DNA of 64,000 nucleotides from Candidatus Heimdallarchaeota archaeon (GTDB taxonomy: Archaea; Asgardarchaeota; Heimdallarchaeia; Heimdallarchaeales; Heimdallarchaeaceae): NCBI GenBank assembly GCA_030603365.1, contig JAUVXV010000001.1:96001-160000 (forward strand), given 5' to 3'. A program made the translations under genes and the position numbers. Shown piece after piece: positions 37,257 to 47,386 of the stretch. Under the pieces are notes generated by a model, which saw only the letters and a program-made list of their open reading frames with translations, had not been told where the DNA came from and searched no databases. Position 1 is the stretch's first letter. Every line of letters starts with the position of its first letter.

Positions 37257-37706
37257 ATGAATCTTGAAATCGATCTTTCTAAGCTCAATTACACATTCCA
37301 TCACAAACCTTTGCTTATAGGTGGAAAAGCTATGGAGTATTATGAACTCCGTAAAGCTGGTAGTGACATTGACTTAGTTTTAGCTCTTGAAGACTATGAA
37401 GGATTAAAAGAGATTTACCCAGAACCAGAGTATCATAGAGATTTATTTGGTGATCTTGGAGTTATAGTTCATGAATTCGAGCTTTGGAAATGTATATGTC
37501 TATTCAATTATGAATTTTTATCCGAGAAAGCAATAGAGAAGGAAGAATATTTAATCGTTTCACTGGAGAAATTACTCTTCTTGAAAGCTTTAGCAATGAA
37601 AGAAGAAAAATATCATAAGGATTTAGAACTTATAGTACAGAAAATCTTGAAAATTCAATATGAAACGGAACTGGATGAGAAATATAAGAAAGACTTGAAA
37701 ATGTAA
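37257..37706 (+). CDS. Nucleotidyltransferase-fold protein
   Basis: LLIGGKAM...GSDIDLV (GG..DxD); start taken at ATG 37257. Confidence 0.7.
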   Translation: MNLEIDLSKLNYTFHHKPLLIGGKAMEYYELRKAGSDIDLVLALEDYEGLKEIYPEPEYHRDLFGDLGVIVHEFELWKCICLFNYEFLSEKAIEKEEYLIVSLEKLLFLKALAMKEEKYHKDLELIVQKILKIQYETELDEKYKKDLKM

Positions 37707-37718
37707 ATGCATAAGACA

Positions 37719-37772
37719 AGCGGTTGTAAATGCCGTAGGATGTAGGTTTTCTACAATTTCACTCTTTTTTTA
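37719..37772 (+). repeat. Degenerate orphan copy of rps11 3' end (SGCKCRRM*) plus terminator
   Basis: AGC GGT TGT AAA TGC CGT AGG ATG TAG then TCTACAATTTCACTCTTTTTTT, similar to the sequence after the 34649 copy. Confidence 0.65.
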
Positions 37773-37831
37773 CTATTAATCATCCCAAAGTTTTTTCTAA
37801 TAGCACTCTTTTCACCTTTTAGGTACCTTCA

Positions 37832-38668
37832 ATGTCTATTGAGAAAATCAAAGAGAATATTTATGCTATAACTGATGGTAGCACTCGAGGCAATGTTGTT
37901 GCATATGTTCTACCTAGTCAGATAGTTTTTGTTGATTCCGGTATGCATATCCCTCTAATAAAGAAATTTAGAGAGCATATTGAGCGAGAAACAGGAAAGA
38001 AAGCTTCTGTTCTCTTTATAACTCACGCTCACGGAGATCATGTTTTCGGTAATCAGATCTTTGAAGATTGTGAAATCATCACTTCTGAGTTAACCCATGA
38101 AGCAATGGTTGATTCACAGAAGAATAATTGGACTCCAGAAGCTTTAGAAGATTGGAAAAAGAATTCAGAAGACCCTTTAGCTTTGGATGGATTAAAGATC
38201 GTTCTTTCTAACAAAACATTTGCAGATGAATATGAGTTAGTAGATGGAGATGTAAAAATTATCGCAAAGAGAACAGGAGGACATACAGAGGGATCTAGTT
38301 ATGTTTACTGTCCCAATTACAAAGTATTATTTGCGGGAGATAACTTATTTAACAAACAGTTTCCTTGGGGTGGGCCACCTTCTGCTAACCCAATTAAGTG
38401 GATAGCTGCACTAAAGGAATATCTCTCTCTTGATGTGGAACATTATATCCCTGGTCACGGTCAAATTTCTGATGAAGAACCGATAGAGGAATTTCTAGAT
38501 TATCTTGAAGAAGTCACATCACTTATGAAAGAGCAAATAGCGACCGGAAAAACAGAAGATGAAATTCTCAAATATGCTGAAAAGATTGAATATTATCCCC
38601 CTCGAGAAGGAAGAGAACAGTGGAAAATTGCTACTTTAAAGAAATGGTATGAAGTCATTGTTAATTAG
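37832..38668 (+). CDS. Metallo-beta-lactamase fold hydrolase
   Basis: THAHGDHVFGN, GHT, FAGD, PGHG. Confidence 0.92.
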   Translation: MSIEKIKENIYAITDGSTRGNVVAYVLPSQIVFVDSGMHIPLIKKFREHIERETGKKASVLFITHAHGDHVFGNQIFEDCEIITSELTHEAMVDSQKNNWTPEALEDWKKNSEDPLALDGLKIVLSNKTFADEYELVDGDVKIIAKRTGGHTEGSSYVYCPNYKVLFAGDNLFNKQFPWGGPPSANPIKWIAALKEYLSLDVEHYIPGHGQISDEEPIEEFLDYLEEVTSLMKEQIATGKTEDEILKYAEKIEYYPPREGREQWKIATLKKWYEVIVN

Positions 38669-38740
38669 TTTCTTTTTCCTTTGTTTTTCTTCTTCATTTT
38701 TTAAGATTAATTTATTAATAAAAAAAATTATGTTCAGACA

Positions 38741-39763
38741 ATGAGTAGAGAAAATAAAAGATTCGATTTAGTTGGTTTAGGTTCTTGTACCATGGATATG
38801 ATTTTTTCAGTAGAAGACGTAAGAGAAGTGGAACTTAATGGTAAAAATCATGATGAAAAGAAGTTTATCGCAATCGAATATTCTTCAAAATTAAATGTAA
38901 AAACAGTGAAATTCTTCCCAGGAGGTTCAGCAGCGAATGTAGCTTGTAATTTGTCACATATTGGGTTAAAAACAGCATTCATAGGAGGAGTTGGAGATGA
39001 TATGAATGGAAGAGCTTGTTTGGATGATATGGAGAATCACGGCGTAGATGTTTCTGGAGTAAAGATCTTTAATGATGATACTACAGCGATATCCGTTATT
39101 CTTCTGACACCCTGGGGAAAAGATAGATCTATTTTAGCCTACAAAGGAGCAAATAACCTTTATTCGAAAGAACATATACCTGAACAGATGTTACTCTCCT
39201 CAAAGTGCTTCATCTGGACTTCTTTGACCTCTGATAACGGTTTAGAAGCAATTGAAAGGTGTATCAATCTCTCAAAATCAGTAGATGGACTAATAGCGGG
39301 AGCTCCATCTATTTCCATAATCAAAAATCGATTGGATGAAACTATTGAGCTCATGAAACTCTGTGATATAACAAGTATGAATGAAGAAGAACTCGTAGCT
39401 CTTACTGGAGAAAAAGATATCATCAAAGGAATGAAGTTTCTATTCGGTTGGGGTCTTAAAATTGTGAATATAACTTTTGGTAAAGAGGGTCAATGGCTGA
39501 GTAATGGTAAAATCATTATCAAAACAACCCCTCCTAGAACTTTCCTTGAAGATACTACTGGAGCTGGAGACGCAACAATGAGTGGAATAATCTTTGGAAT
39601 GCTCCTGGAAAAATCGTTACAAGAAACCTCTCAAATCGCAGCCGCATTAAGTGCTATGGAAATTGAAGCTACAGGTGTAAGAGTAGGAACACCAATTCAA
39701 CTCTCTGAACTTGAGGATTTTATGAAGAACCATGAAATTATACAAGAAACTGTTGATTTCTAG
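38741..39763 (+). CDS. PfkB family carbohydrate kinase
   Basis: GGSAANVA, VGDDMNG, MNEEE, DTTGAGD. Confidence 0.93.
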   Translation: MSRENKRFDLVGLGSCTMDMIFSVEDVREVELNGKNHDEKKFIAIEYSSKLNVKTVKFFPGGSAANVACNLSHIGLKTAFIGGVGDDMNGRACLDDMENHGVDVSGVKIFNDDTTAISVILLTPWGKDRSILAYKGANNLYSKEHIPEQMLLSSKCFIWTSLTSDNGLEAIERCINLSKSVDGLIAGAPSISIIKNRLDETIELMKLCDITSMNEEELVALTGEKDIIKGMKFLFGWGLKIVNITFGKEGQWLSNGKIIIKTTPPRTFLEDTTGAGDATMSGIIFGMLLEKSLQETSQIAAALSAMEIEATGVRVGTPIQLSELEDFMKNHEIIQETVDF

Positions 39764-39801
39764 AAAAAACTTAAAGTGATAATTTTACCTTTTGTATTTA
39801 T

Positions 39802-40497
39802 ATGAATACTTCAGATCTTCCTCTAAATGATTTACCAAAGAACTGTATCGCTGATAAAGATTCAAATTGTGTTGAATGTGAGATTGATGGAGAACTGATT
39901 TGTTTTGTAGATAAGAAATTTGCAAATAGATTTACAATAGGTAATATTATCTATCGTGTATTGGCAATTGCAATTTTCATATTCTCAGGTCTTATGATAG
40001 GACATTGGTGGATGCTAATCTTATATGTAGTGGTTGTTATACTAACCTTTACAGTTATAGAACCACGTTTATTGTGTAGTCATTGTCCATTTTATGAAAA
40101 GGAAGGAAAATGTCTCAAATGTTGGGCACTTAGGGGAATGCCAAAATTATGGAAGTATAGACCAGAGCCAATAAGTAAATCGGAGAAAATTCTTATGTTG
40201 ATTTTTGGTAGTTTCATCGATCTATTCCCTTTTGTGGGAGCAGTATGGGGTATAATCTTTTTTGGCTTAAACTATAATGACTACCTATTTGCTGGGATAG
40301 CGATTGTGATTAGTACTTTTCTTTTTATGGTGGTGGCAGGATATTTCTCAAGAATTCTTCTTGGTAATGCGTGTAAAAAGTGTGCTAATTTCTCTTGTTC
40401 AATGAACAAAGTTCCAAAAGAATTAGTTGACAAATTCTTAGAAAAAAATCCTAAAATGAAAGAAGCTTGGATTGCTTGTGGGTGGCAAATAGACTAG
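39802..40497 (+). CDS. Cys-rich integral membrane protein
   Basis: About 4 TM segments; CSHCPFY and CKKCANFSC motifs. Confidence 0.75.
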   Translation: MNTSDLPLNDLPKNCIADKDSNCVECEIDGELICFVDKKFANRFTIGNIIYRVLAIAIFIFSGLMIGHWWMLILYVVVVILTFTVIEPRLLCSHCPFYEKEGKCLKCWALRGMPKLWKYRPEPISKSEKILMLIFGSFIDLFPFVGAVWGIIFFGLNYNDYLFAGIAIVISTFLFMVVAGYFSRILLGNACKKCANFSCSMNKVPKELVDKFLEKNPKMKEAWIACGWQID

Positions 40498-40583
40498 ATT
40501 CAATCTTTTAATCGCTTTTCTCAATCTTTTTAAGGAAATATAAAAATCTCATTTTAGTATTAACATCTACTTTCAATAATCAG

Positions 40584-41567
40584 TTGATTCATATGGATTC
40601 CCAAGCAAAATTTGATTTAATTCAGCGCAATACAGAAGAGATTGTTACAGAAGAAGAAATGAAAACAATATTGGAAACAAAAACCAAACCTAATGTCTAT
40701 ACTGGTTACGAACCCAGCGGTCCTGTGCATATTGGACATGCCGTTACAGTAATGAAACTCAAAGATATGGAGACAGCAGGATTTCATGTTAAGATTCTGT
40801 TAGCAGATGTTCATGCTCTTCTAAATAAGAAAGGAACAGAGGAAGAGATTGCACAACAATGCGTTCTATGGGAAAAAGCTATGGTTGCCTTAGGATTAAA
40901 GAATCCAGAGATTGTTTTGGGAAGCGATTTTCAATATACAAAGGAGTATATCAGAGAATTGCACAAACTTGCTTTAAGAACATCAATAAAACGGGGGCTT
41001 CGTTCCATGCAAGAGGTTGCTAGAGATATTGAAAATGCTACAGTATCCCAAATGATATACCCTTTAATGCAAACTTTAGATATCAAATATCTTGAGTTAG
41101 ATGCTGCACAAGGTGGAATGGAACAAAGGAAAATCCACATGCTAGCTAGAGAACTATTCCCCTTGGAACTAGAACTTGCATCACCAACCTGTGTTCATAC
41201 ACCTCTAATTTCTGCATTGACAGGCCCAGGTTCGAAGATGTCTTCCTCAGTTCCTGAATCGATGATTTCTGTTACAGATTCTGAACAAGAAATCATGGGA
41301 AAGATGAAGGAAGCTTACTGTCCAGCAAAAATAGTAGAGGATAATCCTGTTCTACAAATTGCTAGATTGATTGTCTTTCCTAACATTCAATCTTTGAAGA
41401 TTGAAAGACCGGAGAAATTTGGTGGAGACATTCAATTCAGTGATTATCAAGAAGTTGAAAGAATTTATGGAGACGGTGGTTTGCATCCACTTGATTTAAA
41501 GAAAGCTGTAGCAAGAGAACTTTCAAATATTTTTGCTCCTGTGAAAACAGTATTTGAGGATCTATAG
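40584..41567 (+). CDS. tyrS: Tyrosyl-tRNA synthetase
   Basis: YTGYEPSGPVHIGH, YPLMQ, GGMEQRKIH, KMSSS. Confidence 0.97.
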   Translation: MIHMDSQAKFDLIQRNTEEIVTEEEMKTILETKTKPNVYTGYEPSGPVHIGHAVTVMKLKDMETAGFHVKILLADVHALLNKKGTEEEIAQQCVLWEKAMVALGLKNPEIVLGSDFQYTKEYIRELHKLALRTSIKRGLRSMQEVARDIENATVSQMIYPLMQTLDIKYLELDAAQGGMEQRKIHMLARELFPLELELASPTCVHTPLISALTGPGSKMSSSVPESMISVTDSEQEIMGKMKEAYCPAKIVEDNPVLQIARLIVFPNIQSLKIERPEKFGGDIQFSDYQEVERIYGDGGLHPLDLKKAVARELSNIFAPVKTVFEDL

Positions 41568-41650
41568 AAACTTTCTACTCTTGTTTATTTATTCAGTTTC
41601 AAACATGCCCCCAAAGTGTTTTTAAGTTGTAATTCTTCTTCTCTCTTAGT

Positions 41651-42466
41651 ATGACAAAATCAGTAGATGAAGTTCTGGGTTCATTGCGAAATCTTTGTGA
41701 TAAGGAAGTAAGAAATTCAGAAAATTTTGGTATTGAATTTGGGACATTCTCAGTTCACAAGTTAAAAGCTACAAACGTTAAATGTATTGTTACATCTCCA
41801 CTAATGAATCTCAAACTTGTGCATTTCATGAAAGAAAATAGTGCTGCACTTGCCATAACTCTCCTTCCTCTCTCAATTACTAAAACAAATTTTCCTCTGT
41901 CTGAAAGAGATTTTGAGTTACTTAAAGCATTAATTACCAATAACATCAAAACCATAAGGTTACCAGCTGAATGGTTATATTCACTAAAAGGTAGTTTTGC
42001 CTATTTCTTACAAACTCTCGGCCTTACAAATGCAAATAACTCAGAAATGACAGGGATTGTTGATGTACCTCTTATAAACTGGATAATTCAATCAATGAAC
42101 TTCAATGATTTTCTAACTAATTTGGGTCACTTGAATAAGAAATGGCTAGCGTATTCATTTGCTGCTGAAAATCTAGATGTATCTTTTGTCTTGGAAAAAG
42201 GTGATTTTTCATCTAAGGAATTAGAACTTCTTCATAAAGAGGGGGTAAACACTATTGTGAGTTTTAAAGTAGATTCGGAGAAAATCCCCTTATATCAACG
42301 AAATAAGATGAATCTTATCTATCTTCCTTATATCGACTACTGTAACATAGCTCTACGAAAATTCGCTCAAGTTTTACAACTTGAAGTAGGTGAACAGGTC
42401 TTATTCCAACCCTTTGAGACCAAAGAAGGGATAAACTATAATGATCATCAAGGTAAAACATCATAA
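41651..42466 (+). CDS. Hypothetical protein, possibly a degenerate NIF3-like fold
   Basis: N-terminus ...SENFGIEFG...VKCIV resembles NIF3 DNxGLxxG; His ligands not seen. Confidence 0.4.
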   Translation: MTKSVDEVLGSLRNLCDKEVRNSENFGIEFGTFSVHKLKATNVKCIVTSPLMNLKLVHFMKENSAALAITLLPLSITKTNFPLSERDFELLKALITNNIKTIRLPAEWLYSLKGSFAYFLQTLGLTNANNSEMTGIVDVPLINWIIQSMNFNDFLTNLGHLNKKWLAYSFAAENLDVSFVLEKGDFSSKELELLHKEGVNTIVSFKVDSEKIPLYQRNKMNLIYLPYIDYCNIALRKFAQVLQLEVGEQVLFQPFETKEGINYNDHQGKTS

Positions 42467-42509
42467 CGTATAAAATCGTTATTCAAACTAGAAAATAAGG
42501 GGCTCCTAT

Positions 42510-43841
42510 ATGCATAATCTGGTTCCATTAGTTCTTAGTGCTCTAAAGAGAATTGAAGAAGGAAAATCAATAAGAGTCACACTTAGATTGATCGTTGAGA
42601 ATAATAATATAACAAAAGAAGAGGAATCTATTCTCTATTACTATGTTTTTGAAATTTATCGTAAACTAAATCTAATTGATTTATACATCAAAACTAGCTC
42701 TTCTTCTTATTCTCTAAAAAAAATTAGTTGTGTAAATAGGGGACTGCTCAGATTAGCTACTCATCTGCTGAAAATTGAAAATAAACCTTTTGGTGATGTT
42801 TTTCAACTTTTGGAACAGTACTACACAGGAATTGATGATTTAGAATTATCTTTTCTTCTGCTCGCAATTAAGGCTGTATCAGAAGAACAACTATATGAAA
42901 ATCGAGATGATCACCCCTCAAAACTCTCTTTACAATTCTATCTTCCTACATGGATTGTTAGGAAATTCATAGATCAATGGGGAGAAGATTTTACTGAAGC
43001 TCTTTTACCCTCGCTTCTTACGAATCCTCCTACTTACATTAGAGTTAACACTCTCATATCAAATATTAAGGAAATTAAGAAATCTTTCGTAGATCAAAAT
43101 ATCGTATATTCAGAGGTTAAAGAAATTAAAAACCTTCTTAAGATTCAGGATACTCCAATTCCTATACCTCGTACAAAGGAATATCTTGAAGGTAAAATTG
43201 TTATTCAACAAAAAGCATCAGCTGCTGTTTCTCTTATTCTAAATCCTCAAAAAAATGAAAAAATACTAGATATGTGTGCATCTCCTGGGGGTAAAACATC
43301 TCACATTGCTGCTCTTATTGGAGATGGTAAAGGAATAACAGCAGTAGATATTAACGATGAAAGAACTAAAATTCTGAGACAAAGGTTAAAGTTATTGGAT
43401 GTTCAGAATATTGAGATTATACAAACTGATGCAAGAGAACTCCATAAGAAGTTTGATTTCATGTTTGATAAAATACTTGTTGATCCACCTTGCTCTGGCT
43501 CAGGTACATATTCATCAAGACCTGAAAATAGGTGGAGACTAAAACCAAGAGATCTCCGTTGGTACGTAAATTTACAGAAGGATTTACTCTATGAAGCTTC
43601 ATTATTAACCAAAAAAAATGGTAGTATAATCTACTCAACTTGCTCTCTATTTTATGATGAAAATATTAACATGATTGATTCTTTTTTAGCAGAAAATACT
43701 GATTTCTATTTAGAGAAAACCTCTCCAAATGTTGGTATTCAAACTACAACTAATAACGGTATCGTGCAAGAAGTTTTTCCACATATTCATGAAACTGAGG
43801 GATTTTTCATTGTAAAAATAAGAAGAAAAAATAGAGATTGA
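42510..43841 (+). CDS. RsmB/NOP2/NSUN RNA cytosine-C5 methyltransferase
   Basis: DMCASPGGKT, DPPCSGSG, YSTCS, EGFFI. Confidence 0.93.
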   Translation: MHNLVPLVLSALKRIEEGKSIRVTLRLIVENNNITKEEESILYYYVFEIYRKLNLIDLYIKTSSSSYSLKKISCVNRGLLRLATHLLKIENKPFGDVFQLLEQYYTGIDDLELSFLLLAIKAVSEEQLYENRDDHPSKLSLQFYLPTWIVRKFIDQWGEDFTEALLPSLLTNPPTYIRVNTLISNIKEIKKSFVDQNIVYSEVKEIKNLLKIQDTPIPIPRTKEYLEGKIVIQQKASAAVSLILNPQKNEKILDMCASPGGKTSHIAALIGDGKGITAVDINDERTKILRQRLKLLDVQNIEIIQTDARELHKKFDFMFDKILVDPPCSGSGTYSSRPENRWRLKPRDLRWYVNLQKDLLYEASLLTKKNGSIIYSTCSLFYDENINMIDSFLAENTDFYLEKTSPNVGIQTTTNNGIVQEVFPHIHETEGFFIVKIRRKNRD

Positions 43842-43878
43842 TTCTTTTTCAATGTGCTTTCTTTGGTATGGTTTCTTA

Positions 43879-44508
43879 TTACTCATACATTCTGTCCAGA
43901 AAATCATCAATTTTCTTTATTAATTCGCTCTTTAGTGTATGTCTAGGAGGTTTGCTCACATTTTTTAGATTCTCAATTTTGGTATCAAAAAGAATTTTTG
44001 ATGCAAAAGCTTTCACTACCTCCTCTACATCATATGACATGGAATTAATACTGTTCTCTATTTGATTTATTTCTTTTTTAATTTCGTTTATTTTTCTAGG
44101 CTCTTCAATAAAATCAGTTTTTGCCTCAATTGGCCTTGATCTTGGGATAGTTTTTTCACCATAAACATAAGCTTGTGTTGGTAAATAATCCCTTGATGAT
44201 GTTGAAATCTCCTCATATGATTCTGATTCCATTTTTCTTAATAGTTCAGGCAAAACCCTATCTCTTTCCTCATGTTCTATATTGACAACACTATATTTCG
44301 ATCCCTTACTTGTTCTCAGATTAGTAGCAGCTCTACCTGCCGAATAGGAAAGAATACTTGAAATCCCATCTTTTCTATAAACATAAATTCTTTTTTCAAA
44401 CCTATCAATTATTAGATAAGCTCCATTTCCGTCAAGAAAACTTTCTTTTATTGCTGGTACTTCACTATAGCTTCCATCGTTTCTTACTGAAAAAACACGT
44501 AGTCCCAT
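43879..44508 (-). CDS. Gelsolin/villin-like domain protein
   Basis: FLDGNGAYLIID...IYVY...SAGRAATNL...VVNIE resembles the gelsolin repeat core. Confidence 0.6.
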   Translation of the reverse strand: MGLRVFSVRNDGSYSEVPAIKESFLDGNGAYLIIDRFEKRIYVYRKDGISSILSYSAGRAATNLRTSKGSKYSVVNIEHEERDRVLPELLRKMESESYEEISTSSRDYLPTQAYVYGEKTIPRSRPIEAKTDFIEEPRKINEIKKEINQIENSINSMSYDVEEVVKAFASKILFDTKIENLKNVSKPPRHTLKSELIKKIDDFLDRMYE

Positions 44509-44560
44509 GTTAACACCCCAGTGTTAACGTTATGTCCTTTCACACATAAAAGTATTCTTT

Positions 44561-45280
44561 TCAGTTTTGATATTTAGTGGGGTCTGTTTTTTTAGCTATT
44601 TTGAAAGCTCTTTTTCTTCTTTGACAGGATTCACATGAACCACAATGAATAGGGTAACCTTCATCTGACCACTGTTTTACTTGATAACATGACGAAGAAA
44701 ATTCTATTTTTGCTTCCTTCTCATCAAGATATTCAACAATATCCTTTTTTTGATAATCATGAAATGGTGCAACTACCTTAATTTTATTCATACATCCAAG
44801 TTTTATTGCATCATTCATTCGGTTTACAAATTCTAAAGTATTATCCGGAAAAGTGTTACCTTCCTCCTCATTGGCTCCAAAGAGAATATCGACGGGGGCA
44901 TCAAAACTATCAGCAAAAGACGCAGCGATAGAAATGAACAATATATTTCTCCCTGGAACCCAAACTGCTTTTGCAGAATGTTTTGTTAATTCTTCAGAAT
45001 CAAGTTCTTCAATTTTATTTATCTTAGGAGGATTTTTTCCTAATTGAGAAAGACTAGAACCTGATTTTTGAGCAAAATTACCTAAAAATGGCAATTCAAT
45101 AATTTCGCTTTCTATTCCAAGAAAAGATGAAAATCGTTTATTGATTTTAGTGATGGTTGTATCTTCTTTACTCTCATAAAGAAAACTTAGCAAAATAATC
45201 TTCTCATATTTCTCTAAAGCCCAATAAAGACATGCTGTCGAATCTAACCCTCCTGAGAATAGGACTATTGCGGTCTTCAT
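44561..45280 (-). CDS. queC: 7-cyano-7-deazaguanine synthase
   Basis: SGGLDS, VPGRN, FPD, HCGSCESC. Confidence 0.95.
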   Translation of the reverse strand: MKTAIVLFSGGLDSTACLYWALEKYEKIILLSFLYESKEDTTITKINKRFSSFLGIESEIIELPFLGNFAQKSGSSLSQLGKNPPKINKIEELDSEELTKHSAKAVWVPGRNILFISIAASFADSFDAPVDILFGANEEEGNTFPDNTLEFVNRMNDAIKLGCMNKIKVVAPFHDYQKKDIVEYLDEKEAKIEFSSSCYQVKQWSDEGYPIHCGSCESCQRRKRAFKIAKKTDPTKYQN

Positions 45281-45341
45281 TTTGATTCTTCTCTATTTAA
45301 AGTGTAATTTCACGTATTATCTGTGTATTATTTTCTTTTTC

Positions 45342-45803
45342 TTATTCGGTATATGAAACAATACTTGTGGGTGTTTCTGCCATTGTAACTGTAATTTTGA
45401 ATTGGGGATATTTCTTTTTTAGTTTATCATGTAAGAATTTTGAGAGCAGTTCAACTGTAGTTGCTTCTAATGGAACAAGTACAACATCTTCCTTGGGGAA
45501 ACGATAAAACTTTCCATCACAAGTTGAGATTTTGTATTGTTTTTGATCCAATTCTATGTCAAGATTTGGATTATTTTCAGGAAGTAAGATTCTATGATCC
45601 AGCTCTTTTACTATCTTACCAACACTTGTTTTGAATGGTCCAAAATCAATTAACATGTTATTTTCGTCAAGATCGCCTTCAATCTCTACTTCTATTTCAT
45701 AATTGTGTCCATGAAGACGGGCACATTTATCGTGTTTGATTAGCATATGTGCTGAGGCTAATGTCAATTTATCTCCAGAGATTTTTAATTTCATCTTTAT
45801 CAC
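45342..45803 (-). CDS. queD: 6-carboxytetrahydropterin synthase
   Basis: CARLHGHNY, IDFG, LDH, ETP. Confidence 0.92.
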   Translation of the reverse strand: MIKMKLKISGDKLTLASAHMLIKHDKCARLHGHNYEIEVEIEGDLDENNMLIDFGPFKTSVGKIVKELDHRILLPENNPNLDIELDQKQYKISTCDGKFYRFPKEDVVLVPLEATTVELLSKFLHDKLKKKYPQFKITVTMAETPTSIVSYTE

Positions 45804-46436
45804 TCAAATTGGTCTTGTTTTTGAAACATCCTCTTTTATTTTTGTTATCTCATGTGAATAATGCTGCGCTATAACCATAGCAATTTTTTCTAGCTCTTCT
45901 TCTTTTATTCCTAACTCAAGAAGCCCTATTGCTTCTACATGAGAAGGAAAACCTGTACTAGCAATATTTATGCCCAAATGAATTTTGCTGCTTGACACAC
46001 TTATTGTAGCAATTGCAACATTCAATTTTCTGTTGTTTACGTACATGTCTGTTCCTTTTCTTATAATATCTATCCCCTTGTCTTTTAGAACCTCTATTAC
46101 TATCTGAGTTAAAACTTGCAGTCTATAATACTCCATTTCCATGTTTGGAGGTTGGGTGTCAAATTCTTCGATTATAAAATGTAATGAATCATCTGAGCTT
46201 ATCAGAATCTTGTTTAGATGTGCTTCTCGAATTATATCTTTTATATCTACCATTTCTTCAGGAGATAATTTCATCCCACCTCGAAAAATAAGTATTGTCT
46301 CCCCAAAAATACCATACTTCTCTGTAGTATAATGATTTGCTATTTGGGAACCATCATATATCTCAGAATTTGAGAAATCTTTTACGATTATGTTATAATG
46401 ATGTTTTTTAAAATTCTTCATCATTTTCAAGACCAT
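45804..46436 (-). CDS. DUF366 family protein
   Basis: YDGSQI, MVDIKD, HFIIE, RKGTD..KLNVAIAT, IHLGINI. Confidence 0.88.
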   Translation of the reverse strand: MVLKMMKNFKKHHYNIIVKDFSNSEIYDGSQIANHYTTEKYGIFGETILIFRGGMKLSPEEMVDIKDIIREAHLNKILISSDDSLHFIIEEFDTQPPNMEMEYYRLQVLTQIVIEVLKDKGIDIIRKGTDMYVNNRKLNVAIATISVSSSKIHLGINIASTGFPSHVEAIGLLELGIKEEELEKIAMVIAQHYSHEITKIKEDVSKTRPI

Positions 46437-47376
46437 TTAATTGTTCTTTTAATTTTAGTAAAGTTGTTTTCACTTCCGCAACAGCATTATGTTGATGAAT
46501 GCTCTCGTAATTAATTTGTTTAACACATATATGTGTCTCAGGGGGTTGATTATTATATTTAAGCGCTACCTGCTTAAGAATGGTACGAACCACGTCTTCT
46601 ACAAAAACTGGGTTTTGATGTGCATATATGACTACTGCCTGTTCATCTTTTCTTTTGAGCACTTCGTGTGTAGGAGCACTCATAGAATTTTCAAGTATTA
46701 CAATTACATCCTCTAATTCGATTCTTTCAGCGTTTCTAGGTTGTTCAAACACTAGTATAGACTTAGATCTTTGATTGTGAGATGCTAAAGGCATATCTTC
46801 TAGAACTAAATCAATCTGTTCTTTTGTAAATCCCTTTTCAGCAAGTTTCTCTTGTGCAAAATCTCTAGATAATTCCTGAGAACAAGGGCAGACTGTGGTT
46901 CCTTCTACTTCTGCTCCTATGATTTTTGTGACTACTATTTTTTCGCCGTTTTTCTTTGCACGAGCACCTGCGATTAGTTTATGAACTCCTGATTTTTCAC
47001 TTTTTATAGCTTCGGAATAAGTTTTCAACTCGTAATCAGCAGTTAGATTAACTTCCGAATTTGTAGCACCAGGTTGAGCTAAAAGAACCTTTTCTGCTAT
47101 TTGTGAACATAATTCTTCACAATCTGAAATTACTTCACCAGTAAGAGTTGCTATTACTTCATTTATTGCTTCTATATTACGTGACATATGAATGCCTCGT
47201 TTTGAAGGAAGTAAATCAACATACACATCTATTTTGGCTGAAAGTTCATTAAACTCACCAAATCTTTTACGTTTAATGATTTTGGGAATATCACACACTC
47301 CTACTCTTCGAATACCAATTTGAATTTTAGAATCATCAGACTGAACATCCGATAGTGCTTTACTGTTTAGTTTCAT
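46408..47376 (-). CDS. mptA: GTP cyclohydrolase MptA/FolE2
   Basis: RGIHMSR, TVCPCS, SHNQR, LKRKDE, FVEDVVR, ESIHQHNA. Confidence 0.92.
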   Translation of the reverse strand: MKLNSKALSDVQSDDSKIQIGIRRVGVCDIPKIIKRKRFGEFNELSAKIDVYVDLLPSKRGIHMSRNIEAINEVIATLTGEVISDCEELCSQIAEKVLLAQPGATNSEVNLTADYELKTYSEAIKSEKSGVHKLIAGARAKKNGEKIVVTKIIGAEVEGTTVCPCSQELSRDFAQEKLAEKGFTKEQIDLVLEDMPLASHNQRSKSILVFEQPRNAERIELEDVIVILENSMSAPTHEVLKRKDEQAVVIYAHQNPVFVEDVVRTILKQVALKYNNQPPETHICVKQINYESIHQHNAVAEVKTTLLKLKEQLNGLENDEEF

Positions 47377-47386
47377 GTTTTGTCAC

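Larger units (their letters stand above)
30342..37770. mobile_element. Accessory island or cassette array at the rps11 3' end, delimited by displaced rps11-tail copies; no integrase in window
   Basis: rps11-tail-like sequences at 34649-34675 and 37719-37745 (weaker at ~37141-37195); cargo is defence-like or hypothetical. Confidence 0.65.
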
